Assembly: GCA_965209015.1 (NCBI GenBank)
Contig: OZ242367.1
Span: 673,649 to 737,648, forward strand
Length of the DNA stretch: 64,000 bases
Direction of reading: 5' to 3'
From: Rhodothermales bacterium
GTDB taxonomy: Bacteria > Bacteroidota > Rhodothermia > Rhodothermales > Bin80
Notes under the pieces: model-generated
The model's input: only the letters and a program-made list of their open reading frames with translations
Told to the model about the DNA's origin: nothing
Database searches by the model: none
Made by a program: the position numbers and the translations under genes
In this document: in pieces, positions 17,875-28,699 of the stretch
Numbering within the stretch: the stretch's first letter is position 1
How the letters are laid out: every line of letters starts with the position of its first letter

Positions 17875-20705
17875 TGCCCCGTCGTACCGATATTCATAAA
17901 ATATTGCTGATTGGATCTGGTCCAATTGTGATTGGCCAAGCTTGTGAGTTTGATTATTCCGGCACACAGGCATGTAGAGCACTTCGGAAAGAGGGCTACG
18001 AGGTGGTTCTTGTTAATTCGAATCCAGCTACGATTATGACCGATCCCATTACAGCAGATCGAATCTACCTGGATGAGTTGACAGCAGCATCCATCCGCTC
18101 AATTGTTGAAAAAGAGCGTCCAGATGCAGTCCTACCTACGATGGGTGGACAGACGGGGTTAAATCTAGCCGACGAATTACAGCGTCAGGGATACTGGGAT
18201 GCAAAAGGTGTGAAAGTCATTGGTGTTGATATTGATGCGATTCATATTACCGAGGATCGGCAGAAATTTCGAGATCTGATGGAACAGATTGGTGTAGATC
18301 AGGCGAGAAGCCGAGTGGCAAAGAGTTTGTTGGAAGCAAAAGAAGTGATTCAGTCCCTAGGGGGACTTCCAGTAGTGATCCGGCCATCATTTACACTTGG
18401 TGGGGCAGGCGGTGGGATCATATGGAGCTCCAGAGAGCTGGAGCGCAAGATCATGCATGGATTGGAACTCTCCCCGGTACACGAAGTCCTCGTGGAAGAA
18501 TCTGTGTACGGTTGGAAAGAATTTGAGTTGGAATTACTCCGTGATCGCAATGACAATGTAATCATTATCTGTACGATTGAGAATGTGGATCCGATGGGGG
18601 TTCATACGGGGGACTCTGTCACTGTGGCTCCATCCCAAACGCTCACCGATAAACAGTTCCAACATATGCGCGATACCGCAATTCGGATGATGCGCTCCAT
18701 TGGAACCTTCGCGGGCGGCTGTAATGTGCAGTTTGGGGTCAATCCGGTAGATGGGCGCATGATTGCCATTGAAATCAATCCTCGCGTATCTCGTTCATCA
18801 GCTCTGGCTTCAAAAGCGACCGGGTATCCAATTGCAAAAGTTGCGGCTCGTCTAGCTGTTGGCTATACCCTGGATGAACTCCGAAACGATGTGACGGAAA
18901 CAACCAGTGCTTGCTTTGAACCAGCAATTGACTATGTGGTGACCAAAATTCCTCGTTGGAATTTCGAGAAGTTTGAGGGAGTAGATGAAGAATTGACCAC
19001 CCAGATGAAGGCGGTCGGAGAGGTCATGGCTATAGGCAGAACATTTACTGAGAGTTTGCAGAAAGCATGGCAAAGTCTGGAAATCGGATATGCGGGATTA
19101 GGTGGGGATCGGGAGAATCCTAAGCGTCCCTACGTTCGCGAACGTTTACGAAAATCTTACTGGGATCGAACGCTCCAGATCAAGAACGCATTCATCCACG
19201 GCGCTTCCATGGATGAGGTGTACGATATTACGCGAGTTGATTTCTGGTTCCTGCAGCAAATCAAGACGCTCGTTGATCTGGAAGAAGAAATTTCTCAGAT
19301 CCGCCTTCAGGATCTCACTGAGGAGATGCTTCTGAATTTGAAGCGGCATGGGTACTCAGATACTCAAATTGCTTGGCTCGTAACCGATGAGGTTACCGAA
19401 GAAGAAGTACGCACCTTTAGGTTATCCAAAAAGATTCAATCCCAGTTTCTGCTGGTTGATACATGTGCAGGAGAATTTCCAGCCATTACTCCATATTTCT
19501 ATTCTTCCTACGAAAGTACAACCGAGAGTGTCGTTTCAGATCAGAAAAAAATCATCATCTTGGGTAGCGGCCCGAATCGAATTGGTCAGGGAATAGAATT
19601 CGATTATTCCTGTGTTCATGGGGTTCAGGCAGTACAGGAAATGGGATATGAGGCCATCATGGTTAACTGCAACCCAGAAACTGTTTCCACAGATTTCGAT
19701 ATTGCAGATAAACTCTACTTTGAACCAGTATTCTGGGAACGGGTCCTTGACATCATTGAGCATGAGCAGCCCGAGGGAGTTATTGTCCAACTTGGAGGTC
19801 AGACGGCCTTGAAACTGGCTGGGAATCTATCGGATCGGGGGGTCAAAATATTTGGTACCCCTTTTGAGCGGATGGATTTGGCAGAGAACCGAGGTAAATT
19901 TTCCGAAATTCTCAAAGAATTAGAGATCCCTTTTCCCCCATATGGAATGGCGAAGACCGTCTACGAGGCGGTACGTGTCGCTGAATCCATTGGATATCCC
20001 ATTCTGATTCGCCCTAGTTATGTGCTTGGGGGGCAGGGAATGAGAATTGCAATCAACAAAGAAGAGGTGGAACGATATGTCACAGACATTTATAAGTTGT
20101 TGCCCGAGAATGAAGTATTGCTGGATCTTTTTTTGAATAATGGAATTGAGATTGATGTGGATGCTGTACGCGATGCCGCCGGAGATGTGTGGATAACCGG
20201 AATCATGCAGCATATTGAGCCCGCCGGAGTACACTCTGGAGATTCTACCGCAGTCCTTCCACCTCATTCCTTGGGTGAACCGGTGCTGGAAGCAATCAGG
20301 AAATACGCAATATTGATTGCAAACCGTCTGGAAATCATTGGATTGATGAATGTGCAGATGGTGGTTCAGGACGAGTCGGTCTATGTAATTGAAGCGAACC
20401 CCCGCGCATCACGCACGGTCCCGTTCGTTGCCAAGGCAACTGGGATCCCCGTCGCCCGAATTGCCAGTAAGGTAATTCTGGGAGAAAAGCTTCAAGATTT
20501 TCGGAGCAGGGGCGAGTTAGATTCCAAACTTGAGGGATATGCGATTAAAGAACCTGTGTTTTCGTGGTCCAAATTCCCCGAAGTCCGCAAAGAGTTAGGT
20601 CCTGAAATGAAATCTACCGGCGAAACGATTGCCTTTGTTGATGCTCTCACAGATAGACATTTCAAGCGCCCCTATGAAATGCGTAATCTCTACTTATCAC
20701 GTTAG
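17874..20705 (+). CDS. carB: Carbamoyl-phosphate synthase large subunit (no C-terminal MGS-like allosteric domain)
   Basis: Two ATP-grasp halves are present (ILLIGSGPIVIGQACEFDYSG and IIILGSGPNRIGQGIEFDY). The ATG at 17874 overlaps the carA stop codon. Confidence 0.9.
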   Translation: MPRRTDIHKILLIGSGPIVIGQACEFDYSGTQACRALRKEGYEVVLVNSNPATIMTDPITADRIYLDELTAASIRSIVEKERPDAVLPTMGGQTGLNLADELQRQGYWDAKGVKVIGVDIDAIHITEDRQKFRDLMEQIGVDQARSRVAKSLLEAKEVIQSLGGLPVVIRPSFTLGGAGGGIIWSSRELERKIMHGLELSPVHEVLVEESVYGWKEFELELLRDRNDNVIIICTIENVDPMGVHTGDSVTVAPSQTLTDKQFQHMRDTAIRMMRSIGTFAGGCNVQFGVNPVDGRMIAIEINPRVSRSSALASKATGYPIAKVAARLAVGYTLDELRNDVTETTSACFEPAIDYVVTKIPRWNFEKFEGVDEELTTQMKAVGEVMAIGRTFTESLQKAWQSLEIGYAGLGGDRENPKRPYVRERLRKSYWDRTLQIKNAFIHGASMDEVYDITRVDFWFLQQIKTLVDLEEEISQIRLQDLTEEMLLNLKRHGYSDTQIAWLVTDEVTEEEVRTFRLSKKIQSQFLLVDTCAGEFPAITPYFYSSYESTTESVVSDQKKIIILGSGPNRIGQGIEFDYSCVHGVQAVQEMGYEAIMVNCNPETVSTDFDIADKLYFEPVFWERVLDIIEHEQPEGVIVQLGGQTALKLAGNLSDRGVKIFGTPFERMDLAENRGKFSEILKELEIPFPPYGMAKTVYEAVRVAESIGYPILIRPSYVLGGQGMRIAINKEEVERYVTDIYKLLPENEVLLDLFLNNGIEIDVDAVRDAAGDVWITGIMQHIEPAGVHSGDSTAVLPPHSLGEPVLEAIRKYAILIANRLEIIGLMNVQMVVQDESVYVIEANPRASRTVPFVAKATGIPVARIASKVILGEKLQDFRSRGELDSKLEGYAIKEPVFSWSKFPEVRKELGPEMKSTGETIAFVDALTDRHFKRPYEMRNLYLSR

Positions 20706-20708
20706 CAA

Positions 20709-21428
20709 ATGGCCGGACACAATAAGTGGTCAAAGGTAAAGAGGCAAAAAGCAGTAACAGACAGTCGACGCTCAAAGGTGTGGGCCGTCATTACTCGTGA
20801 TATCATGGTGGCAGCCCGTGAAGGGGGAAAAGATCCACTAATGAATGCCCGACTTTCGTTAGCCATTCAAAAGGCGAAGAGCAAGAATATGCCCAAAGAA
20901 AATATTGAGCGGGCGATCAAGCGTGGCGTTGGAGAAATTGAAGGTCAGGATTACAAAGAATGTATCTATGAGGGATACAGCTCACACGGGGTGGCGATCA
21001 TGGTAGATGCACTGACAGACAACACCAATCGGACAGTTGCAGAGGTTCGAAGTGTATTTTCTAAACATGGAGGTAGTCTGTCAAAATCGGGAAGCGTAGC
21101 CTACCTATTTGAACGTAGGGGACTGATCCAGATCCCCGCATCGGTCATTGATGAACTGGAGCTACTGGAACTAGTAGCAGATGCTGGTGCCGAGAATGTG
21201 GAAGAAGAAGATGGGGTATATGCCGTGATCACCCCCGTAGAAGCATTTGAAGCCGTCCAAGTCAAACTCACGAATGCTGGAATCAAGGTTGAAGAGTCCC
21301 GCCTCGTTCATATTCCCATGACCACCGTTCAAAAAGTCCCCGATCAAGTTCGCCAAACGGATGCACTGGTGTCAAAGCTGGAAGACCTACAGGATGTACA
21401 GGAGGTTTTCACCAATCTGGAGATGTGA
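20709..21428 (+). CDS. yebC: YebC/PmpR-family transcriptional regulator
   Basis: MAGHNKWSKVKRQKA... is the canonical YebC N-terminus. Confidence 0.9.
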   Translation: MAGHNKWSKVKRQKAVTDSRRSKVWAVITRDIMVAAREGGKDPLMNARLSLAIQKAKSKNMPKENIERAIKRGVGEIEGQDYKECIYEGYSSHGVAIMVDALTDNTNRTVAEVRSVFSKHGGSLSKSGSVAYLFERRGLIQIPASVIDELELLELVADAGAENVEEEDGVYAVITPVEAFEAVQVKLTNAGIKVEESRLVHIPMTTVQKVPDQVRQTDALVSKLEDLQDVQEVFTNLEM

Positions 21429-21970
21429 TGCGGATTTTAGGTATAGATCCAGGTTCCTCACAAACCGGATATGGAATTATTGATGAACTGAATCAGGTAC
21501 ATGGATATGGGATAGTTGCACTTACGGGAGACCACATGCTTCGTATCCAGACAATATATCATGAGGTGAGCCGACTTGTTACTCAACTCAAACCGAATTC
21601 ATGTGCCATAGAAATGCCAGTTTATGGTAGGAATCCACAGGCAATGCTCAAACTGGGGCGTGCACAGGCAGCAGCGATGCTGGCGGTTTTGAATCAGGGC
21701 ATATCCGTGGCACAGTACACACCGAAAATGATCAAGCGATCCATCACCGGGAGTGGAAATGCGAGTAAGGAACAGGTTGCGTACATGGTGGTCAGCCTTC
21801 TGAACTTTGGACAATTGAATGATGGAATGTCCCATGATGCTTCGGATGCTTTGGCAGTTGCATTTTGCCACAAAGAGCGCGAATTGGCAGGCAACCAACC
21901 AACTACTCCTCAGTATCGTGGATGGGCCGATTTTATTCGAGAAAACCCTGATCGAGTGATTGGTGAATAA
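21425..21970 (+). CDS. ruvC: Crossover junction endodeoxyribonuclease RuvC
   Basis: MRILGIDPGS..TGYG N-terminus and a DASDALAVA motif. Confidence 0.9.
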   Translation: MMRILGIDPGSSQTGYGIIDELNQVHGYGIVALTGDHMLRIQTIYHEVSRLVTQLKPNSCAIEMPVYGRNPQAMLKLGRAQAAAMLAVLNQGISVAQYTPKMIKRSITGSGNASKEQVAYMVVSLLNFGQLNDGMSHDASDALAVAFCHKERELAGNQPTTPQYRGWADFIRENPDRVIGE

Positions 21971-22347
21971 GTCTGCTGTGTCCCTAATCTATTGATGTAA
22001 TACAGGGAGAGTGATTATTGCCCTGTCTCACCAATGAGTCCCCCCGTATACGTCCAATCCGATCTCCTATTTTTGAGTGATCTCATGTAATGGGGCGGTC
22101 ATTTTCGTTCGTCGGCATGCAGGTCAATCGGTAGGTTGATTCTGGATTCACCACTCTGCCTTATATCCCGAGGTATCTGTCTACTTTTGGGAGGATTCCG
22201 TAAGGATCAGCAGTTGACACATTGGTGCAGTGGATAGTTGATCCTCACAGATTAACAAAATTCAGATCTGATTAAATTTGAGGGCAGATGCCTGAACATT
22301 GCTCATCAGTTTGCGTTATTCGGCGTTGGAACTAAACTAACAGACTC

Positions 22348-22626
22348 GTGCCCAAGAAACTTCAGAGAAAGAGCGATGATAAATATCAATTGGATCGACT
22401 CCCCGTCGTTCAGGTTTTCCACTGGAAAAGCAGGTCCAAGACCGGTTTAAGAAAAGGAGAACTCGTTTATTACGGTCCCTTCCCGACTTCTTATGGAATT
22501 GGCGAGGTCCAGAACGTGACCAAAGGGCTTGTTGCCGTGGATTTTCGTGGCAGCGGAAGTGCCAGAGTACACGAAGATGTGATCCATGAGCGTTATCTCG
22601 TTCCACTGAAGGAAGCATCTTTGTAG
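22348..22626 (+). CDS. Hypothetical small protein (possibly an SH3/Tudor-like fold)
   Basis: 92-aa ORF in a ~1-kb stretch of low coding density, overlapped by an antisense ORF. No family was recognised. Confidence 0.35.
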   Translation: MPKKLQRKSDDKYQLDRLPVVQVFHWKSRSKTGLRKGELVYYGPFPTSYGIGEVQNVTKGLVAVDFRGSGSARVHEDVIHERYLVPLKEASL

Positions 22627-23005
22627 GATCCCAGAACGTAGGATGATGTGACTCAGCAGCTTCTCTGTCTCTATGCATACAAGTCCTACACAAAGAATAT
22701 TTGCCGAGCATGTCAGTATAAGGTCGTGAGTTCATTCATCCTGCGAAATGCTATCAAGTTGCTTTGGTAAGCCCTCGGCAGTACACGATATTTCGTTTGA
22801 GACCGTGCTTGGACGAATCCTCAGACTTTTAGGATTAAACAGTGGAAGATCATAGTGGGTGCTCCACTCTCCGATTTTGCTGCCTCAGGGGGCGACAAGA
22901 GGGTCTATCCCCAGATAAAATATTGGATCGCTTGACTGGATTTAAGAGGGTGAATTTCGCGTAAAGCTCAGATTACCCAAAGGGATACAGTAGAGGGTGA
23001 ATTTA

Positions 23006-23515
23006 TTAGCAATCTTCGTAGTGATTGAACAGTTCTGGTCGGGAATTGCGCGTTTCTAACTGGAGGAGTATTTTTTTACGATGTATCCCTCCTCCATAGC
23101 CTATTAGTTGCCCATTTGCCCCAATTACGCGATGGCATGGATAGATGATTGGGATTGGGTTCAATCGGTTGGCACTACCCACTGCGCGTGCCAACTTAAT
23201 ATCTCCCAGTATACGAGCGAGATGTCCATAGGAGCGAGTTTCACCGTATGGGATAGTCTTGAGTAATGTCCATACTCTCTGTTGAAATGCAGTTCCAGTT
23301 GCATCCACCGGTACAGAGAAGCGAGTGATATTTCCCGAGAAATAAGCATCCAGTTCCTCCGCAGCCCTCTCAAAGGCGAGGCCAGCTGGTTCATGTTCTT
23401 CCGCGATTCCGAAATCTATCTTTATTAGACCGAAAGACGAAAAACTGAGAGTCAGAGGCCCGATTGGTGAATCGGGAATGATCCCGCATGTAGTTGTTGA
23501 TGGGACAATTGACAT
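23006..23515 (-). CDS. ogt: Methylated-DNA--protein-cysteine methyltransferase
   Basis: The active-site motif IPCHRV is present as IIYPCHRVIG, with YG..A preceding it. Confidence 0.9.
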   Translation of the reverse strand: MSIVPSTTTCGIIPDSPIGPLTLSFSSFGLIKIDFGIAEEHEPAGLAFERAAEELDAYFSGNITRFSVPVDATGTAFQQRVWTLLKTIPYGETRSYGHLARILGDIKLARAVGSANRLNPIPIIYPCHRVIGANGQLIGYGGGIHRKKILLQLETRNSRPELFNHYEDC

Positions 23516-23575
23516 GAGTAAAGCGTTTGAGGGAACTTGGATTGTATATCTGAAAAATTATCTACTTGCAGTGTA

Positions 23576-24841
23576 ATGGAAACCTTTGTGCGTGAAACTG
23601 GCGACATGGTTCGTGTCTTAGAGATCAAGGCAGCGGCCTCAGACCTTGAAACGGATGTGCGGTTGGCTCTACGAAAGCTACAGTCCCAGGCCGTAATTCG
23701 TGGATTTCGACCTGGGCGCGTACCCCTAAAGATGATTCGTCGACTGTATGCAAAAGAATTAGGGGGTATAGTAGTTGAAGATCTTGTTAAAGAAGTTTAT
23801 GAAGATATGGTAGAGGCCAGTGACCAATATAAAGTACTTGGCAAACCTCGAGAAGTTCATCGCGAGTATGAAGTCAATGGAGACCTCGAGGTCAGAATCG
23901 AATTTCATGTGATTCCCGAAATAGAACTTAAGAATATTAAGGGGATGGTGCTGGATGTTAGTGTTGTCGAGGTTAATGATGAGTTTGTGGATCTTTTCAT
24001 CAAGAAGAAAATGTCAACCAACCTGAAAACCAGATCACTTGAGGCAAATGAAAAGATTGCCGAGAAGGAGGTCGGCCTGCTTGATCAAGTAACCTACGAG
24101 TTGGCAGAAGTAGACCAAGAAACAGGACGTGTACTGATTGGAAGGGAATCTCAGGAAAAACGTGTCCTTGACTATGGTGTTGCTGAATATGTTGGAGATC
24201 AAGGTGAAGGATTCAGAGAATTATTTGCAGGACACGCGATTGGATCTGAGATCATCGTTCCAAAGGACAGTGAACATGGCTCATCCCTCACTCAAATATC
24301 AGAAATTGAATCAAATTACCAGATACGGGTCGTAGATGTGCAGCGGTTTGACTTTCCAGAAATTGATGATGAATGGGCCGCCAAAATCAGCAATAATGAG
24401 GTGAGTTCATCTGAGCAATTAAAGGAGTGGGTGATCAAAATTCTTACAAATGAATTGGAGTCTCTAAATCATTATTTCGTAAGGTCTGCCGTAATTCATC
24501 GTATGCTTGAACTACATCCATTTACGTTTTCCACCGAGCTCATGTATGAATTCTTGAACCTAGATCTTGAAAATACAGAGCACAATCCGAGTCATCCAAT
24601 GTCTGATCTCAACCTGGATATGGTGCGTTGGGATATTTTAGTCTCCGCAATTCGCAATCAGGTGAAGCAGGAATTTGGTTCCGCAACTCCGACGGATAAG
24701 TCGCAGGATAAGGACAGCACATCTGGGCAGGACCCTTATCAAGATGTTATTGATCCTTTACTGGCGCAGTTTGAGTTGAAACATATCCCGGCGACAGAAT
24801 GGATAATGATGTCAGTGGTAAACAAACTTGTACAGGACTGA
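23576..24841 (+). CDS. tig: Trigger factor
   Basis: The ribosome-binding N-domain motif GFRPGRVP is present, and the gene lies upstream of clpP. I prefer the start at METFV (23576). Confidence 0.85.
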   Translation: METFVRETGDMVRVLEIKAAASDLETDVRLALRKLQSQAVIRGFRPGRVPLKMIRRLYAKELGGIVVEDLVKEVYEDMVEASDQYKVLGKPREVHREYEVNGDLEVRIEFHVIPEIELKNIKGMVLDVSVVEVNDEFVDLFIKKKMSTNLKTRSLEANEKIAEKEVGLLDQVTYELAEVDQETGRVLIGRESQEKRVLDYGVAEYVGDQGEGFRELFAGHAIGSEIIVPKDSEHGSSLTQISEIESNYQIRVVDVQRFDFPEIDDEWAAKISNNEVSSSEQLKEWVIKILTNELESLNHYFVRSAVIHRMLELHPFTFSTELMYEFLNLDLENTEHNPSHPMSDLNLDMVRWDILVSAIRNQVKQEFGSATPTDKSQDKDSTSGQDPYQDVIDPLLAQFELKHIPATEWIMMSVVNKLVQD

Positions 24842-24880
24842 CCAACTACCTTAGTTAACAAAATATGCTGTATTGTCATC

Positions 24881-25567
24881 ATGGTAAATGACTTTGTCAA
24901 ATTTTCTAAAAGTCTCCGATTACCGGAGAGTATCTATACCAAGGGTCTGGGGGATCAACCCATTGGAAACTTAGTCCCGATGGTGGTAGAACAAACATCC
25001 CGCGGGGAGCGGGCCTATGATATCTTTAGTCGTTTACTCAAAGAGCGCATAATCATTCTCGGTACTCCGATCAATGATGTGGTGGCCAATTTAGCTGTGG
25101 CCCAACTGCTCTACCTAACCAGCGAAGACCCAGAGCGAGACATCAATATCTACATCAATTCCCCCGGTGGGATGGTCTATAGTGGTCTTGGGGTTTATGA
25201 TACGATCCAGTATGTGTCTTGTCCGGTTGCGACCATTTGTGTCGGATTGGCAGCATCATTGGGTTCAGTACTTTTAGCTTCGGGTACGAAAGAGCATCGT
25301 GCAGCTCTGCCAAACTCTCGTATTATGCTTCACCAGCCATTGGGGGGAGCTCAGGGACAGGCATCTGACATTGAAATACAGGCTCGGGAAATTTTGTGGT
25401 TGAAACAGCGCCTATACGAGATCTTGGCGAACCACACAGGGCAGGACCCAGACACAATCTCCAAGGATGCAGATCGAGATTATTGGCTGAGTTCCGAGGA
25501 AGCCAAAGAATATGGACTGATTGATAATATTCTGGTTCCTCAGGAACTTCCAGAAAAAAAGAAATAG
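24881..25567 (+). CDS. clpP: ATP-dependent Clp protease proteolytic subunit
   Basis: [19 protein letters not shown], and the catalytic Ser context GLAASLGS. Confidence 0.95.
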   Translation: MVNDFVKFSKSLRLPESIYTKGLGDQPIGNLVPMVVEQTSRGERAYDIFSRLLKERIIILGTPINDVVANLAVAQLLYLTSEDPERDINIYINSPGGMVYSGLGVYDTIQYVSCPVATICVGLAASLGSVLLASGTKEHRAALPNSRIMLHQPLGGAQGQASDIEIQAREILWLKQRLYEILANHTGQDPDTISKDADRDYWLSSEEAKEYGLIDNILVPQELPEKKK

Positions 25568-25569
25568 TG

Positions 25570-25642
25570 TACCGCGTACGGGATTTGAACCCGTGTTACC
25601 GGCGTGAGAGGCCGGCGTCCTGGACCCCTAGACGAACGCGGC
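25570..25642 (-). tRNA. tRNA-Glu (anticodon CUC)
   Basis: The reverse complement GCCGCGTTCGTCTAGGGGTCCAGGACGCCGGCCTCTCACGCCGGTAACACGGGTTCAAATCCCGTACGCGGTA folds as a cloverleaf. It aligns position by position with bacterial tRNA-Glu. The anticodon loop is CT-CTC-AC. CCA is not encoded. Confidence 0.85.
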
Positions 25643-25763
25643 ATGAATATTTTTTACGCTTATATAGCTTCGTAGGTTGCCCTGACAACCACTGACACCT
25701 CACGTTTGTTTGGAACGGAATTCTGTCTTTTTCGTGTAGGTAATCATTGGATATTTTTTCGTC

Positions 25764-26909
25764 ATGTCTACGGCTATCTACCTGGACTATAATGCAACGA
25801 CGCCGGTTGATCCCCGCGTTCTTGACAGGATGATGCCCTTCTTCACAGAGCAATATGGGAATCCTTCAAGTCAATCCCACATGTACGGATGGGCTGCAAG
25901 TGCTGCAGTTGAGAAAGCGCGGATGGAGGTAGCAGGGTGCATTGGCGCATCCCGTCCAAGTGAAGTGACATTCACGAGTGGTGCAACGGAGGGGATCAAT
26001 ACTGCAATAAAGAGCCTGTTGGCAATGCTCTCCCACCGCGGCAGACACATAGTTACCGTGCGGACAGAGCACAGTGCGGTAACCCGTGCCTGTCAATACA
26101 TGGAACAGAATGGATGGAGAGTAACTTACCTGCCAGTTGACTCCAATGGACTTCTAGATTTAGACCTCCTGAAAGATAGTCTCACAGATGAAACAGTCTT
26201 AGTTAGCGTGATGTGGGCAAATAACGAGACGGGGGTCATTCAGCCAATTTCAGAGATTGGAAAAATAGTTCAAGAGAGAGGAATTCTATTCATGACCGAT
26301 GCGACCCAAGCGATCGGAAAGTTAGCGGTGTCGGTAGAGAATATAGATATTCTGGTTTGTTGTGCACACAAGGTCTATGGTCCTAAAGGGGTAGGAGGAA
26401 TGTTTGTTCGTAGTCGCGTTCGATGTGCCCCCTTAATTGAGGGGGGTGGGCAGGAGAGAGGTTGGCGAGGTGGGACCCATAATGTTACAGGAATTGTCGG
26501 AATGGGCGAAGCGTTCCGATTAGCAAACCTTGAGTATGAGCAAGACCAAGAACGTCTTTCGAATTTAAGAGACAAATTTGAGCATACCTTGATTGAAGCA
26601 GGACTTGAGGTGGCCATTCATGGTACGGGTGCTCAGAGACTTTGCCAGACATCTAGCATATCATTCCATCATTTGAATTTGGAGAGACTGTTGTTGTCCA
26701 TTCGCACCCTGGCGGTGGGCACCGGAAGTGCCTGTGGATCTTCCAACTATGCACCTAGTTCTGTACTCACTACAATGGGAGTTAGCACCGATCTAGCCGG
26801 GCAGACCTTGCGAATCAGCCTGGGGCGTCCCACAACTGAGCAAGAGGTTCATACTGCATCTGAGAGAATCATCGAAGCTGTGAATCAACTGCACAAAAAA
26901 ACTGGATAA
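25764..26909 (+). CDS. Cysteine desulfurase (NifS/IscS-like class V aminotransferase)
   Basis: IYLDYNATTP N-terminus, the PLP-Lys context CCAHKVYGPKG, and the C-terminal catalytic loop GSACGS. Confidence 0.85.
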   Translation: MSTAIYLDYNATTPVDPRVLDRMMPFFTEQYGNPSSQSHMYGWAASAAVEKARMEVAGCIGASRPSEVTFTSGATEGINTAIKSLLAMLSHRGRHIVTVRTEHSAVTRACQYMEQNGWRVTYLPVDSNGLLDLDLLKDSLTDETVLVSVMWANNETGVIQPISEIGKIVQERGILFMTDATQAIGKLAVSVENIDILVCCAHKVYGPKGVGGMFVRSRVRCAPLIEGGGQERGWRGGTHNVTGIVGMGEAFRLANLEYEQDQERLSNLRDKFEHTLIEAGLEVAIHGTGAQRLCQTSSISFHHLNLERLLLSIRTLAVGTGSACGSSNYAPSSVLTTMGVSTDLAGQTLRISLGRPTTEQEVHTASERIIEAVNQLHKKTG

Positions 26910-26914
26910 AACGG

Positions 26915-27433
26915 ATGGAAGTCGTGAATCGTGTGGCCCAAAGTGGTATTGAAGTATATGATCTGGAGCTACTCTGGTCCCCCGTTGAAATTAAAGAACT
27001 AGACCTTGCCCAATTTCTGGAACAGCAACTCCTTTTGCGAGAGAAGCCTTTCCGTACAAAAGTTGTTGCATACGATTGGGAGGAATTTTATGATGTACAT
27101 GTTGCACTTTTTTGCAGCACGGAAGCATTGGTCCCCATGTGGGCATACATGCTGATTGCTTCGTGTCTTGATCATGCACGGAGCATTACCATGGGACGTT
27201 CGGCAGATGTAATTCGAGAGCAGTTTACACTGGCTTTGGAAGCTGAAGATTGGAATAGGTTTTCGGATAAGATCGTGGTGGTGAAAGGGTGTGGATCAGG
27301 AACTGTACCCGAAAGTGCGTATGCAAAGGCGATGAACGAGCTTCAGAAGGTCGCTCGCAAAGTCATGTTTGGTGAGCCATGTTCCAGCGTACCAATCTGG
27401 AGACGTTCCAACCTCCATTCCCATCCAGGGTAA
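26915..27433 (+). CDS. Hypothetical protein (DUF2480-like, a Bacteroidota-type conserved protein)
   Basis: 172-aa ORF directly downstream of the desulfurase. The family assignment is from memory only. Confidence 0.45.
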   Translation: MEVVNRVAQSGIEVYDLELLWSPVEIKELDLAQFLEQQLLLREKPFRTKVVAYDWEEFYDVHVALFCSTEALVPMWAYMLIASCLDHARSITMGRSADVIREQFTLALEAEDWNRFSDKIVVVKGCGSGTVPESAYAKAMNELQKVARKVMFGEPCSSVPIWRRSNLHSHPG

Positions 27434-27468
27434 CCCGTGACTACACCTCGGGTATCAATTATATTATT

Positions 27469-28655
27469 TGGTTCTAGCGCGAATATTGTGGCTGGAGGTC
27501 TAAGCCTCCATGGAAAAAGAGGACCGTACTTCGGAAATTTTTGAATTTTCTATATCCTCTTCCGACGGGTTTGACTTCTTGAATCTTGCCGTTGATTCGT
27601 TCTGCTCATGGCACATACGCTTTTAAGCCATAGCTTGAAGTACTTTTTTGCATCGCCGAAAGCACGGCATCGAAAGATCGCCTTAAATTCCTCTCTCCGT
27701 CTCCAGGCAATGCGGACCTGCAAGTTCAATTTCTGGATCGCCTGAAATGTATCCTCTTGCGGTGCGGTTCGCTTCGTTTTTCAGGAGCGCATACCGGCTA
27801 TGTTTGAGTTCCGTGCTGCTTGACCTCGCGTCTGCGAACTTGATCGATCGCTTTGTTGAGATACTGGATCAGGTGAAAGCGATCATGGATTAGCGTCGCA
27901 TGTGGAAACTGCTCGGTGGCACAAGAAATAGAGGCCTTCCACCTATCGGTCGTAAGGGTCTGGATCTCGTCCTTTAGATCCCCCAGAAGTCCCTGTAACA
28001 AGGCGGTTACGCTATGTTTGTCGCGTCCCTGTCCTACATCAAGGACCACGCCTCGTTCGGAATCACTTACGCCGGTGGCGTACTTGTGGCCGTGATGAAT
28101 CGCCTTCTCATCTACACTCACATGCGAAATGCCTTGCAGCACACGCCGCCGTTCCCCAAACTCCACACTGCGGTGCAGGATCTGATTCTCCACATCAAAC
28201 TTGCAACGAAGCAACTCCGCCGTCTTCGTTTGATTCTTCGTCGCTTGGAGCAATCGAATCGTCCAGGATTCAAAGGCTTTTGTATAACGTTGCGAAGCAC
28301 TTGACCAGAGAACCTCAATTGTGTTCACCCCTGCGGAAGACTTGACCCGAGGGACCTAGCAGTGGACAAAACATCGAAACTGAAACCAATCCAGATGCCA
28401 CCAAGAACGCTCCTTACGGTGGTCATACAACGTTCCTGTCTCCCCAGTCTTCGGGCAGATCAACGAACGACCCGAATGGGATATATAAATGTCAATCCGC
28501 TGAGCTTCCGCATCCAAAAGCATCCGATCAATCCTCCACTCGCTTCCTAATTGTAAGCTGTTGGCGCACCGCAAAATCTAGAACTGATTCCATGAAAATA
28601 TGTAAATTTAGAGAGAGCGAAAGGTAAGCATTCCACACGAATTGCGGCAGAACCA
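27469..28655 (-). mobile_element. Decayed ISL3-family insertion sequence (transposase pseudogene with several frameshifts and a deletion)
   Basis: Imperfect terminal inverted repeats are TGGTTCTAGCGCGAATATTGTGGC (27469-) and, at 28655, the reverse complement GTGGTTCTGCCGCAATTCGTGTGG. The ISL3 N-terminal zinc-finger region lies at 28356-28574. The core is at 27798-28328 (...DRFHLIQYLNKAIDQVRRRE). Out-of-frame C-terminal pieces are readable at 27480-27797 (RYALLKNEANRT; INGKIQEVKPVGRGYRKFKNFRSTVLFFHGGLDL). Confidence 0.8.
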
Positions 28656-28699
28656 CATAATGATCAATGAAACGACTAATATAAACGCGTGGTTGAGCA

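Noticed and set aside
17874-20705. CarB lacks the ~140-aa C-terminal MGS-like allosteric domain of E. coli CarB
   Set aside because: From memory, ~950-aa CarB proteins are common in Bacteroidota-type genomes. This is probably lineage-typical rather than a local truncation. A length survey of FCB CarB homologues would settle it.
25596-25853. 85-aa minus-strand ORF
   Set aside because: It overlaps the tRNA-Glu gene and the 5' end of the cysteine desulfurase gene, so it is spurious.
28563-28584. GTTCTAGATTTTGCGGTGCGCC (reverse complement) as the ISL3 left inverted repeat
   Set aside because: It overlaps the start of the transposase ORF (start codon at 28574). A better partner for the 27469 end lies at 28632-28655, and that one is also conserved at the MITE end (30774-30797).
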